Positions 51,836-62,065 of a stretch of DNA of 64,000 nt are shown piece by piece. Within the stretch, counting starts at the first letter, position 1. Every line of letters starts with the position of its first letter. Source of the DNA: an uncultured SAR86 cluster bacterium (GTDB lineage: Bacteria > Pseudomonadota > Gammaproteobacteria > Magnimaribacterales > D2472); NCBI GenBank assembly GCA_902623685.1, contig CACNUQ010000004.1, positions 25,590 through 89,589 of the forward strand, in the 5' to 3' direction. Made by a program: the position numbers and the translations under genes. The notes beneath the pieces were generated by a model. The model made no database searches. It saw only the letters and a list, made by a program, of their open reading frames with translations, and was not told the origin of the DNA.

Positions 51836-52351
51836 ATGACACTAAAAAGAAATTTTTCAATACTTACAGCATTATTATTTTTTGCTGCTTGCACATCCTC
51901 GCCATTTACTGAGTTAAATAGCAGGGATAATTTCCAGTTAGAGGAAGGAACATCTTTTAAAATTCAATTAAATAAGGACTCTTTGCCAGTGGAGATGGAT
52001 CCAATTTTAATTGAAAACTTGGGAGATGCTGCTAAAAATTACTTGGAAGGAGTAGGGTATGAATTTTCAAATGATTCTTCAATTTCTATTGATGTAAGTG
52101 TCACAACAAAAGATAAAATTAGGTATGATGATTTTCGGTTTTATGGCTATCCAATGTATAGAAGCTATTTGTATGAGCCGGACAGAATAAATACTATTCC
52201 GGAATTTTTTCTCCGAATATCTGTTATGGATGATGAGGTTGAAAAGACACTTTGGACTGGGCTAACTAAATGGCGGAAAGGATCAAGCTATGCTCCTACT
52301 GATATGCAATCTGCCGAGATGTTGGTAGAGAATTTATTAGTTAATCTTTAA
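51836..52351 (+). CDS. Small lipoprotein of unknown function
   Basis: Start placed at MTLKRNFSILTALLFFAAC (signal peptide plus lipobox); the track start at 51794 is also possible. Its 3' end overlaps mnmC convergently by 11 nt. Confidence 0.5.
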   Translation: MTLKRNFSILTALLFFAACTSSPFTELNSRDNFQLEEGTSFKIQLNKDSLPVEMDPILIENLGDAAKNYLEGVGYEFSNDSSISIDVSVTTKDKIRYDDFRFYGYPMYRSYLYEPDRINTIPEFFLRISVMDDEVEKTLWTGLTKWRKGSSYAPTDMQSAEMLVENLLVNL

Positions 52352-54170
52352 ATCTTAATGGTTCGATAGCTAGAGCAATCCCTGCAGATATAGGGCTGGG
52401 GGTGTTATTTATTAGCGATGAAATATATTCTCCTAGTATCGGACCTAAACTAAATCCTCTCGATCCAAGCGCACCTATAACATAAACATTTTCTTCAATT
52501 TTTCCTGCCAATGGCAACCTATCTTTACTGCCAGTTCTTAGACGGGCCTCCATTAGCATGTTCGATGCGCCAGCAAGTTTGATTTTAAAGTTTTTATCTA
52601 TCCTTTTAACAAGGTCCTTTCCAACCTCGTAGCAGATATTAAGATCTTCATAATCTTTTTCATGTGATGAACCAATCCAAGTTATATTGTTAACCTTAGG
52701 TAAGATATAGCCAGCCGAGTTTAGGGGCAAATCTAAATTAATTGATTGTTCTCCCTTCAAGCCAACTAGTTGACCTTTTGAGATCTTAAGTCCAGATAAA
52801 ATTTCTTCTAGGCTTGGGCCATTTGCGATAATCAAATCATCGAAATTACTTTTTCTTTTTTGATTTAAAAATTCAATATTTAATTTACCATCCTTCCTGG
52901 ACCAATTATGAAAATAATGATTAAAGATTATTTTTATATTGGGATGAGTTGTCATTTCCTGACAAATTAGTTTTGGAAATAGATATCCGCCTTTTTTAAC
53001 TAATAAACCATCAGATGCAAATCCATATAACTTTTTCATATCTTTCTTCTCTAAAATCTGAAATAAGTCATCTCTATTCAAGTTTTTGATGTCTTGAATC
53101 CATTCTTCTTGATAATCATTTGAGTGTGCAAACAAAAGCCCAGTTTTTTTGTATGCATTTGGTATTTGTGAATATAATCTTTCTGCAAAAAAATAACTTT
53201 GTGCGGTCAAAAATGAATATGGAGAGTTATTTACTGAAAATCTTGGATACATTGCAGCGACTGGGTTGCCTGAAGCTCCAGCAGCAATACAATCTGCAGA
53301 CTCAAACATTTCTACATCCACGCCATTTTGAGCAGCCGCGTAAGCTACAGAACTAGCTGCTATACCGGTTCCAATAATGCCTATTTTCTTTTTTTTATTC
53401 CCTTGAGTAAGAATAGGGAGTGCAGCTAAGGGCTTTCTTCCAATCAGCTTGTGGCGCTTTTTTCCAAAGCCTTTCACTTTGTCTACTTGAAATCCAAATT
53501 TTTTTAATCCCCTTTTAACGAAACCTGCCGAAGTAAAGGTTCCAAAAGTTGCATTTTCTGCAGACAAAAATCTCATGTACTGAAAAACTGAATTGCTCCA
53601 CATTGATTTATTCTTACTAGGATCAAAACCATCAAGATACCAGGCATCAATTTGATTATTATTAAGTCCAAGGAGGTTCTTTAATCCTGATTCAACATCA
53701 TTTTGAATCAGCGTTAATCGTATTTTTAGAGAGGGAAAATAAATTCTTTGCATATCATTATGTGCAAGATCATAATTTTCTAAAAAAATACGACAAATCT
53801 CATCAAGTTCAGGGAAATTCTCAATAATTTTAAGAATTTGTGCTTTGGTTGGTAACGCCTCATCAATAGCAAGATACTCTAGGTTATGAGAGTTAAAATT
53901 TTTATTATTTTCATGCCAAAATTTAGCAGTGACTAAAAAATTTAGTCCAAATCCAAATCCTAGTTCGCCAATGCGGATTTGAGAATTATTTTTAATTCTT
54001 TCAAGCAGTTGATTAGGATCAATGAAAATATTTGTAATTTCTGAGATTGCATCATCTTGAAAGAATCTATCTTGATATAAATTTGAAAAGGGGAGGCCAT
54101 CCTTCCAAGTAATATCTTGAGACTTTTCTTCAAATGGATTTTTAAAACAGCTATGGTGAACTGGCATCAA
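52341..54170 (-). CDS. mnmC: Bifunctional tRNA (mnm5s2U34) methyltransferase / FAD-dependent cmnm5s2U34 oxidoreductase MnmC
   Basis: N-terminal methyltransferase part (ELGFGFGLNFL, IDAWYLDGFDPSKNKSMW, FGTFTSAGFVKRGL) and C-terminal FAD domain (IGIIGTGIAASS). Confidence 0.9.
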   Translation of the reverse strand: MMPVHHSCFKNPFEEKSQDITWKDGLPFSNLYQDRFFQDDAISEITNIFIDPNQLLERIKNNSQIRIGELGFGFGLNFLVTAKFWHENNKNFNSHNLEYLAIDEALPTKAQILKIIENFPELDEICRIFLENYDLAHNDMQRIYFPSLKIRLTLIQNDVESGLKNLLGLNNNQIDAWYLDGFDPSKNKSMWSNSVFQYMRFLSAENATFGTFTSAGFVKRGLKKFGFQVDKVKGFGKKRHKLIGRKPLAALPILTQGNKKKKIGIIGTGIAASSVAYAAAQNGVDVEMFESADCIAAGASGNPVAAMYPRFSVNNSPYSFLTAQSYFFAERLYSQIPNAYKKTGLLFAHSNDYQEEWIQDIKNLNRDDLFQILEKKDMKKLYGFASDGLLVKKGGYLFPKLICQEMTTHPNIKIIFNHYFHNWSRKDGKLNIEFLNQKRKSNFDDLIIANGPSLEEILSGLKISKGQLVGLKGEQSINLDLPLNSAGYILPKVNNITWIGSSHEKDYEDLNICYEVGKDLVKRIDKNFKIKLAGASNMLMEARLRTGSKDRLPLAGKIEENVYVIGALGSRGFSLGPILGEYISSLINNTPSPISAGIALAIEPLRFKD

Positions 54171-54269
54171 AACAAACTTTTAAGGAACTAAAAGTACAAT
54201 TCTTAAACTAACTAATCGCAATCTAAATATGGATAGGGATGTGTAGCTCTTTTAAGTTATATACAGCAT

Positions 54270-55502
54270 TTACGCCTTTGTAGGAATATCTTTGAAGGCT
54301 ATGCCTTTATCTGCTCTTGGATCTTGAGGCAAACCTAGAACTCTCTCAGCTATTACATTCCTAAGAATTTCATCTGTCCCACCAGCAATTCTTAGCCCAG
54401 GGGCTCCTAACCATGCCCCTTGGAAAGAGCTTACTCCGTCATTCTCATCTATGAGCATGCCTGCCATATCTCCTGAATCAATTCCAAAGTTACCAATTTC
54501 TTGCAATTTATTTGCACTAACAATTTTTGTAATTGAGGCTTCTGGTCCAGGAGCCTCTCCTTTTGAGAGAGCAGAAATGGTTCTGAATTTTGTATATTTA
54601 AGTCCATTAGCTTCACAAAACCAATCAGCAAGTCTTTCTCTAACTGAATCATTTTTTATCATTGCTTCACCAGCATCATCTTTGGTTTTAGAGAGGATTA
54701 ATGCTTCTTCAATATCGGATCCCTTAGCATCCCCAACGGCCAATCTCTCGTTCATGAGAGTAGTTATGGCTACTTTCCACCCATCTCCAATCTCACCGAG
54801 ACGTTGAGAATCTGGAATACGAACGTCGTCAAAATAAACCTCATTAAACCCAGCGCCAGTTCCAGCTTGACCTGTGATTTGCTTAATTGGCTTAACAGTT
54901 ATTCCTGGAGATTTCATGTCCACAAAAAAGAATGTAAGCCCTTTATGTTTGGCCACATCGGGGTCATGACGAACAACTAAGATACCAAAATCAGAATAAT
55001 GTGCTCCAGAGGTCCAAACCTTTTGACCATTTATGATCCAATCATCACCATCTCTTTCAGCCTTGCTTCTAAGACCAGCTACATCTGAACCTGCTGCAGG
55101 CTCAGAAAACAATTGACACCAAATTTCTTTTCCTTCAGCCATGGGAGCTAAATATCTATCTTTTTGCTCCTCAGTTGCATATTGCATCATTACTGGACCA
55201 CACATACCAAGACCAATTTCAAATATGCCTCCTGGCACATTAAATTTAGCCTCTTCTTGTCCCCAAATTATTCTTTCAATTGGTGAAGCTTCAATACCAC
55301 CATATTCCTTTGGCCAATGAAGCATAGCCCAGCCAGCTTCATATTTTTTTTGTTGCCAAGCTTTTGCAACTTTTAGATGATCCTCTAGAGTTGAATCGCT
55401 ATGCCCACCGCTTTTATTTTCTTTGAGCTCAGCATTGGCTTCAAGCCATTCTCTGCATTTTGCTCTAAATTTAGCTTGTTCTGGTGTATCGTTAAAATCC
55501 AT
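54270..55502 (-). CDS. Acyl-CoA dehydrogenase (larger member of a second adjacent pair)
   Basis: WCQLFSEPAAGSD, INGQKVWTSGA, C-terminal GGTDEILRNVIAERVLGLP. Confidence 0.8.
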   Translation of the reverse strand: MDFNDTPEQAKFRAKCREWLEANAELKENKSGGHSDSTLEDHLKVAKAWQQKKYEAGWAMLHWPKEYGGIEASPIERIIWGQEEAKFNVPGGIFEIGLGMCGPVMMQYATEEQKDRYLAPMAEGKEIWCQLFSEPAAGSDVAGLRSKAERDGDDWIINGQKVWTSGAHYSDFGILVVRHDPDVAKHKGLTFFFVDMKSPGITVKPIKQITGQAGTGAGFNEVYFDDVRIPDSQRLGEIGDGWKVAITTLMNERLAVGDAKGSDIEEALILSKTKDDAGEAMIKNDSVRERLADWFCEANGLKYTKFRTISALSKGEAPGPEASITKIVSANKLQEIGNFGIDSGDMAGMLIDENDGVSSFQGAWLGAPGLRIAGGTDEILRNVIAERVLGLPQDPRADKGIAFKDIPTKA

Positions 55503-55505
55503 AAT

Positions 55506-56627
55506 TTATCCTTTTGCTAATGTATTTGTTTTTTCTAAATTAGAAACTAATTTTTCTTTCCAGGATGCTTCAGATCCAAGTAAAACAGAAAGAACTTTTG
55601 ATCTTTTATAAAATAAATGGCAATCATATTCCCAAGTGAAGCCGTTTCCACCATGAGTTTGAATATTTTCTTTTGAACATAATTGGAAAGCTTTTGTTGC
55701 ACTCACCCTCGCAGTTGCAGCAGCAAGAGGGAGTTCAGCAGATCCTGAAGATAGCGCCCATGCGCCGTAATAACAATTAGATTTAGCAAGTGTTAGAGCA
55801 ATATACATATCAGCAAGTTTATGTTTTATGGCTTGATAAGATCCAATTTGTCTTCCAAATGCAAACCTTTCCATTGAATATGCTTTTGCCATATCAAGCG
55901 CTGCTTGAGACCCTCCAACTTGTTCAAATGCGAATAAAACAGCTGCTTGATCAAGCAAATGCTGGATATAAGACCAACCCTCTCCTGATTCTCCAAGTAA
56001 TTTTGATGGAGTATCTTTAAATTCGACTTTAAAAAAAGCCCTTGAAGTGTCAAGATTTTTTTGCGGTGTAATAGTTACCGAGGCATCACCTAGGTTCACT
56101 AATCTCAGATCAGTACCAGATTGCGATTTAACAACAAGAATCATATGAGATGCAATTCCAGCATCAGGAACAGCAATTTTTACTCCATTGATGTTTTCAG
56201 AATTTACAGCGACGCTTAAATTCGACTCTGTTGCTTGGTGAGTGTCCTCGGCTATACCGTAAGTGCCAACAACCTCTCCTGAAACCAGTTTTGGCAATAA
56301 GTCTGATTTAATTTCTTCATTGCCAAATTTTATGAGCGCTTCAGTAAAAAAATATACAGAGGAAGAGAAGGGAACTGGTGCAAGTGATCTTCCAAGCTCT
56401 TCTGCAACTACACAAAGTTCTAAATGTCCCAAGCCAAGCCCTTCATATGCCTCAGGGATTCTGATGCCTGTCCAGCCTAGCTCAATAATTTTTTGCCAAA
56501 GCTTCTCATCACCTTCCAATGAGTTGTCCATTACTGCCCGAGCATTTGCAAGGCCACCTTCTTTGTCAAAGAATTTTTTGGCTTCATCCTGCAAAAATTT
56601 TTGATCGTCTGAGAAATCTAAATTCAT
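55506..56627 (-). CDS. Acyl-CoA dehydrogenase-family protein (smaller member of the second pair)
   Basis: ERFAFGRQIGSYQAIKH and HGGNGFTWEYDCH. Its stop lies 3 nt upstream of the partner gene's start on the minus strand. Confidence 0.75.
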   Translation of the reverse strand: MNLDFSDDQKFLQDEAKKFFDKEGGLANARAVMDNSLEGDEKLWQKIIELGWTGIRIPEAYEGLGLGHLELCVVAEELGRSLAPVPFSSSVYFFTEALIKFGNEEIKSDLLPKLVSGEVVGTYGIAEDTHQATESNLSVAVNSENINGVKIAVPDAGIASHMILVVKSQSGTDLRLVNLGDASVTITPQKNLDTSRAFFKVEFKDTPSKLLGESGEGWSYIQHLLDQAAVLFAFEQVGGSQAALDMAKAYSMERFAFGRQIGSYQAIKHKLADMYIALTLAKSNCYYGAWALSSGSAELPLAAATARVSATKAFQLCSKENIQTHGGNGFTWEYDCHLFYKRSKVLSVLLGSEASWKEKLVSNLEKTNTLAKG

Positions 56628-56731
56628 TATATTGTTATATAGTTTTAATGTATGAGCTTATAATTAAAAGAGTAATATTAGAACATATTATCTAATACAA
56701 TTTAAGATGCTTATACTCATAACTTATTTTA

Positions 56732-57358
56732 ATGAAAATCTCAGCAGATAAAGAAGAGCACTCATACTTTAATTCAAACTCAAGTGGTTTATTTCTTGGA
56801 ATTGTTTTTTGTTTAATTCTTTTTGGAATTCTTGGATTATCTATTTGGGCCACTGAGATTTCTAAATCATCAGAAAAGGTTAATTTAAAGTTTGAATCAA
56901 GGCTGAGTATTTTAGAGGAACAACTTCAGTTAGCCGATTCAACCTCTACAGAATTTTTAACAGATATTAATACACAACTTCAATTTCTTGATAAAGAAAT
57001 AAGGAAATTGTGGGATTTAAGTAATAAACGAAATAAAGCAAATATTTCTAAATTGACAAAAGAAATAGACAAACACTCTTCTGCTTTAAAAGATATTGCA
57101 TTAACACAAACAAATGATCAAAAAAATATTCAAAATATTAAAAATCAATCGCAAAAGTTGCTTGATTCAGTAGGGGAATTAACTCAGCTATCTCAAGACA
57201 ACCAAAAAGCTCAAAATAAAATAGATGAATTAAGCAAAAGTTTTTTAATGCTTGAGGAAACTGTTCAAGCATTTGATGCTTACAGAAGGCAGAATAATGA
57301 AATGCTACAGGAAATTCAATTAGAAATCTCTAGCATAAATACACAAAACACACCTTAA
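56732..57358 (+). CDS. Membrane-anchored coiled-coil protein, unknown function
   Basis: One TM helix (GLFLGIVFCLILFGILGLSIW) followed by Q/K/L/E-rich heptad-like sequence. Confidence 0.5.
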   Translation: MKISADKEEHSYFNSNSSGLFLGIVFCLILFGILGLSIWATEISKSSEKVNLKFESRLSILEEQLQLADSTSTEFLTDINTQLQFLDKEIRKLWDLSNKRNKANISKLTKEIDKHSSALKDIALTQTNDQKNIQNIKNQSQKLLDSVGELTQLSQDNQKAQNKIDELSKSFLMLEETVQAFDAYRRQNNEMLQEIQLEISSINTQNTP

Positions 57359-57450
57359 AATTTAGTTTTCTTTTTGGTAAAAAGTTTGGGATTTCATGAA
57401 AAAACAGGTATATTTTTAGATATAAATCTTCAATTTGGAGGGGGAAAACC

Positions 57451-59940
57451 ATGAAGAGACTATTAAGTGTATTAACTATTATTGCTTTTACTGCAATACC
57501 AACCTCAACATTTGCACAAGATAGTGCATTAGTTCTGGAAGAAGTTGTTGTTACTGCAACCAAGAAAGAAGAAAACGTTCAGGATATTGCTCAAACTGTA
57601 AATGCAGTTACTGGATCAACACTAGATGACTATCAAATAAGGGACTTAAGTGAGCTTGCACAGATTGTTTCAGGTGTTGAATTTACTCAAATAGATCCAA
57701 GAAGGGCAAAGATTATGATTCGTGGTCAAACCCTTGATCCCGATGGCGGTAATGATCAACCTATTCAAGGTTATCTTGATGAGGTTCCTCTTAGAACTGG
57801 TGAGATTTTTCTTCAAATGTATGACACAGAAAGGGTTGAAATTCTCAAAGGTGCACAAGGTACATTGCAAGGTGTTGTTAGTTCAGCTGGAGCATTGCAT
57901 ATTTACTCTAGATCAGCTGAAGTGGGGAGTGGTGAAAGAAATGGTTATGTAAAAACAACTTGGGCCGATAATATGACCTCCATCGTTGAGGCTGCAAGTG
58001 ATTTTCATTTATCAGACACCCTTTCAATGAGGATTGCTGCTGTTACCAATAGTCATGATGGCACTGAAGTTACAAACATAAGAACTGGAGTTAATGAAAA
58101 TCATCAGTATGACTCAGGTCGTATCAGCGTTTCATGGGAACCATCTGATAACCTCTCAGTCAAATATAAATATCAGAACATGGAAGTAGACTCCATCTAT
58201 CCTCAACCAGTTGCTGGCTCTAATGGCACTCCATCATTTGCTCAAATGGTTGATGCATATGTTGCTAATGTTGCTTTAGCAGAACAATTTGGTCTTGCTC
58301 CTGCTGGTTCAGCGGCACAGTTAACATTTTTAGATAGACCTAATTATTCTGACATACCAGCTAATGGCTTGAAAGGAGAGGATCGAGTAGCATTACATTT
58401 TCAAAATCCAAGACAAAATACAAGTGCATTTATTCATAATTTAATGGTCGACTATGATGCTGGCTCTCATGCTGTAGCGTTTAGATATTCTAAGGCTGAA
58501 AGTGATGCTATGGGAATGATCGACAGAGATTTTGCTGGCGCATTTACCTATGGATATCCTCAAGAAGTTAGAACCAATACAGGTATTGAAACCATGGAAA
58601 TGAGGTTATCTAATCAGGATAACGATACTCTTGAATACACTATTGGATTTTTCTCTAGGGACTCTCAAACTTATACAGATGCTGATTTAGATAGAACTTT
58701 TTCAGCCTATCAAGCTGCGCCACAAATGCTAAAACCACTTGTTGGTCCGGGTATGACTTACAAGACTCCAAATCAAGCTTGTGAGGCCGCTAGAAAAGAT
58801 CCAGCTATCTTTGCTAGCCAGATGGCTATCATTACTTGTATGGGAATTCCCGTTGATGCAAAAGTTGAAGCGGTGTTTGCAAACTTTAAATATAACCTAA
58901 GTGAGCGAACATTTGTCCAAATTGGTGTCCGTGATCAAGAAGTGGAAACTTATTCTGCTCAAAATTTATACTTACCACTATCCGCAGCAGTAGGTCCTGC
59001 ATCAGGTGGCGGATTGACAATACCTAGGACACCGGTTGAATTACAAAGAACAAGTCCTGAGTCAACTACTGGAAGCTTTAAATTAGGACATTACATGAAT
59101 GATGATGTATTAATTTATGCAAGTAGCGAAACAGGTTATAGACGACCCTCATCTACTATTGCACCTACACCAATTCTTCCGTCACTAACTATTTTTGATG
59201 AAGAAGAAAGTACCATGTTTGAGATAGGTATGAAGGGAACTTTCATGGATGGAAGATTAAGACTTAATGCTGCATATTTTGATTTCGACATAGAAGGTTT
59301 TCAATCGAAGTGGGACAACGTAACAGCAAGAACTTACACTGCTAATGGGCCCGGACCTACATCTCAAGTCATGGGCGGAATCTTTACTAATAATGATGCT
59401 ACTATCACCGGATTAGATATTGAGTACGCATATGTTGTTAATGAAAATTTAACACTCGGTGGTGGTTACACTGCTAATGATTCTGAATATGCTGCAGGTT
59501 CTATGGGGTATGCAAATGATCCATCCTATACAGGTATGGCAGCTGCAATGAGAGATGTAAGTGGAACCCCTGTTAACGATGCTGCAGAGTCATCTCTTAC
59601 ATTCTATCTTGACCATGTTGTTCCTGCCTCATGGGGTGGCGAGAGATACACAAGATATAATTTGAGCTGGCGAGATGAGCGTACCAACGCTATTAATCCT
59701 GATCTAAAAATTAAAGCTTTATATCTTGCAAACATCATCGTTGGATGGAGATCTGCAGATGAAGTTTGGGATGCAAGCTTTTTTGTAAAAAACATCACTG
59801 ATGATGTTGATATTACAAATATTCAGGGTTACTACTCTGATTATTCTATTCTTGGTGGAGATGGATTACCGTCTAAGTTTTATGCTGGTAATACCAACAT
59901 GGGTAGACAGATTGGAGCTCAGATCGTATATAACTTCTAA
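57451..59940 (+). CDS. TonB-dependent outer-membrane receptor
   Basis: Strong SD GGAGGGGG, signal peptide ending AQD, TonB-box-like LEEVVVTA, plug motifs, C-terminal beta-barrel ending in ...QIVYNF. Confidence 0.9.
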   Translation: MKRLLSVLTIIAFTAIPTSTFAQDSALVLEEVVVTATKKEENVQDIAQTVNAVTGSTLDDYQIRDLSELAQIVSGVEFTQIDPRRAKIMIRGQTLDPDGGNDQPIQGYLDEVPLRTGEIFLQMYDTERVEILKGAQGTLQGVVSSAGALHIYSRSAEVGSGERNGYVKTTWADNMTSIVEAASDFHLSDTLSMRIAAVTNSHDGTEVTNIRTGVNENHQYDSGRISVSWEPSDNLSVKYKYQNMEVDSIYPQPVAGSNGTPSFAQMVDAYVANVALAEQFGLAPAGSAAQLTFLDRPNYSDIPANGLKGEDRVALHFQNPRQNTSAFIHNLMVDYDAGSHAVAFRYSKAESDAMGMIDRDFAGAFTYGYPQEVRTNTGIETMEMRLSNQDNDTLEYTIGFFSRDSQTYTDADLDRTFSAYQAAPQMLKPLVGPGMTYKTPNQACEAARKDPAIFASQMAIITCMGIPVDAKVEAVFANFKYNLSERTFVQIGVRDQEVETYSAQNLYLPLSAAVGPASGGGLTIPRTPVELQRTSPESTTGSFKLGHYMNDDVLIYASSETGYRRPSSTIAPTPILPSLTIFDEEESTMFEIGMKGTFMDGRLRLNAAYFDFDIEGFQSKWDNVTARTYTANGPGPTSQVMGGIFTNNDATITGLDIEYAYVVNENLTLGGGYTANDSEYAAGSMGYANDPSYTGMAAAMRDVSGTPVNDAAESSLTFYLDHVVPASWGGERYTRYNLSWRDERTNAINPDLKIKALYLANIIVGWRSADEVWDASFFVKNITDDVDITNIQGYYSDYSILGGDGLPSKFYAGNTNMGRQIGAQIVYNF

Positions 59941-59961
59941 TAATTTATTAGTAAGAAATTT

Positions 59962-59992
59962 AAAACGGCAGCCTAGGTTGCCGTTTTTTTTA
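59962..59992 (+). terminator. Rho-independent terminator downstream of the TonB-dependent receptor
   Basis: Perfect 7-bp stem aacggca/tgccgtt around gcctaggt, followed by a T-run. Confidence 0.8.
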
Positions 59993-60004
59993 AGACCAAG
60001 TTAA

Positions 60005-61813
60005 ATGAAAATTTTTTTTATTTTGTTCCTATTTGCTTTCTCGATTCTGATGCCTGCAAATGAGAAACAAATATACTATGACGAAGATCGTGAACCATGC
60101 AAAATATTCGTAGAAAATAAAATTCCGTTATTTGGCGATTTACATGTTCACACTGCTTTGTCGCTCGATGCTAATACTCAAGGAACTATATTGACGCCTG
60201 AGGATGCTTATTTATATGCAAAAGGAAAGCCTTTATACCTTCAGCCATACAATCTCGATGGAACTAGCTCGAGAGTATCCAAGCTTTCTAAGCCACTAGA
60301 CTTTGCTGCAGTTACTGATCATGCAGAACTTTTAGGTGAGGTTAGGATGTGTACAGATTCAGACAGTCAATATTTTAATAATCTTACTTGTAGGTTATAT
60401 AGAGAATTTCCTAGGCTTTCATATTTCTACATAAATGCAAAAGCAAGTTTAGGTAAGTCTCTTGGAATGTGTGGTGATAACAGAGAATTATGCCTCGCAG
60501 AGGCCCAAGTTCCATGGCTTCAGACAATTGAAGCAGCTGAAAAGCATTACGATAGGTCAGAAGATTGTAAGTTTACCTCTTTCATTGGGTATGAGTGGAC
60601 AGGGGCAGTTTATTCAGGGAGTAATCTTCATAGAAATATTATATTTAATAATTCAAATGTTCCTTTTTCTCCAGTAAGTTTCTTGGATGCACCCTCACGG
60701 CAAGAACTTTGGAGTGCGCTTGATCAGGAATGTTCAGGAGATTGTGATTATGTAGTCATTCCACATAATTCTAATTTGAGTAATGGATTTATGTTTGAAG
60801 AGCCGAATCAAGATGAGTTGTTTATCCAAAACATAAAAGAACCTCTTATTGAAATATTTCAACATAAAGGAAGTTCAGAATGTGCGATAGATTCAGATGA
60901 ACCTTTATGTTCTTTTGAGCAATTGCCGTATAAAGATTTCAGAGCCAAATTTAGCAATGATTTATCTCCGGCTCCAAGGTCTAGTTATGTCAGAGATGCT
61001 TTAAATAAAGGCTTAAAAATTAAAGAAAATAAAAACATAAATCCTTTCAAGTATGGCTTTATTGGAAGCACAGACACTCATTTAGCTATTCCAGGGGCAA
61101 CTGATGAGGAATTTTTTGAGGGTCATGGAGGTGCTGGAAAGTCATTTAGAAATACTATCCCTCAGGGCCTGCCAGATGATATTGAATTTAATCCTGGTGG
61201 GCTAGCGGTGGTATGGGCTGAGGAAAATAGCAGAAGTTCAATTTTTCAAGCATTGCAAAGAAAAGAGGTTTATGGAACTTCAGGGCCCCGCTTTCTAGTA
61301 AGGTTTTTTGCTGGGGGCAACCTTAACAAAAGTTTATGTGATTCTCCGAGTGCTATTTCGCAAGCTTATCAAGAAGGCGTTCCAATGGGTGCAACGCTTG
61401 ATGCAACTAACATGTCTAATTTAAGTATTTTTATTAGCGCAAAAGCAGATGCTAGTCTTGAAAATCAATATATTGAGAAGATACAAATAATCAAAGGAGT
61501 CTTAAAGGGCGATGAGGTGCATACAACGATTGTTGATGTTATTGATTATCAACAAACAACATTAGATGAATCTTCATGTGAGGTAATAGGAAAGGGAGAA
61601 AAATCAATGTGTGTTGTTTGGGATGACCCCAATTTTGATAATAAGGAAAATGCTTACTATTACGCAAGAGTTGTAGCTAATAAGTCATGTAGGTGGTCTC
61701 ATCAATTGTGTATGAGTAATCCTAGTTATTGCATAGATGATCCAGATTTTGAAACTCCAAAATTTATTCAGGAAAGAGCATGGACTTCTCCAATTTGGCT
61801 CGAAAATTCATAA
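60005..61813 (+). CDS. DUF3604-like secreted metal-dependent (PHP-like) protein, function unknown
   Basis: Signal peptide. FGDLHVHTALSLDA near the N-terminus and later TDH, YEWT, IPHNSN, GSTDTH histidine clusters, as I recall for DUF3604. Many Cys residues. Confidence 0.6.
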   Translation: MKIFFILFLFAFSILMPANEKQIYYDEDREPCKIFVENKIPLFGDLHVHTALSLDANTQGTILTPEDAYLYAKGKPLYLQPYNLDGTSSRVSKLSKPLDFAAVTDHAELLGEVRMCTDSDSQYFNNLTCRLYREFPRLSYFYINAKASLGKSLGMCGDNRELCLAEAQVPWLQTIEAAEKHYDRSEDCKFTSFIGYEWTGAVYSGSNLHRNIIFNNSNVPFSPVSFLDAPSRQELWSALDQECSGDCDYVVIPHNSNLSNGFMFEEPNQDELFIQNIKEPLIEIFQHKGSSECAIDSDEPLCSFEQLPYKDFRAKFSNDLSPAPRSSYVRDALNKGLKIKENKNINPFKYGFIGSTDTHLAIPGATDEEFFEGHGGAGKSFRNTIPQGLPDDIEFNPGGLAVVWAEENSRSSIFQALQRKEVYGTSGPRFLVRFFAGGNLNKSLCDSPSAISQAYQEGVPMGATLDATNMSNLSIFISAKADASLENQYIEKIQIIKGVLKGDEVHTTIVDVIDYQQTTLDESSCEVIGKGEKSMCVVWDDPNFDNKENAYYYARVVANKSCRWSHQLCMSNPSYCIDDPDFETPKFIQERAWTSPIWLENS

Positions 61814-61852
61814 GAATTTGACACTTGCTTCATAATTATGTTCCATTAGGTT

Positions 61853-62065
61853 ATGAATAAATTGGTACTTCAATTATTTTTAGTATTGGCATTTATACCG
61901 ATTGCTATACTAATTAGCTCTATCATCATCACTTTAGCCCCATTATATTGCTGGGGCTTGGCTATAAATGCTTATCGTTTTGGTAATACAAAAGAATTAT
62001 ATTTTTGGTTAGCCATGGGCGTGGTTGCATTTTTCTTAGCATTATTTGTTCTTGGGGTTTTGTAG
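61853..62065 (+). CDS. Small two-TM membrane protein, unknown function
   Basis: 70-aa hydrophobic ORF. Its stop abuts the next ATG (TAGATG). Confidence 0.4.
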   Translation: MNKLVLQLFLVLAFIPIAILISSIIITLAPLYCWGLAINAYRFGNTKELYFWLAMGVVAFFLALFVLGVL

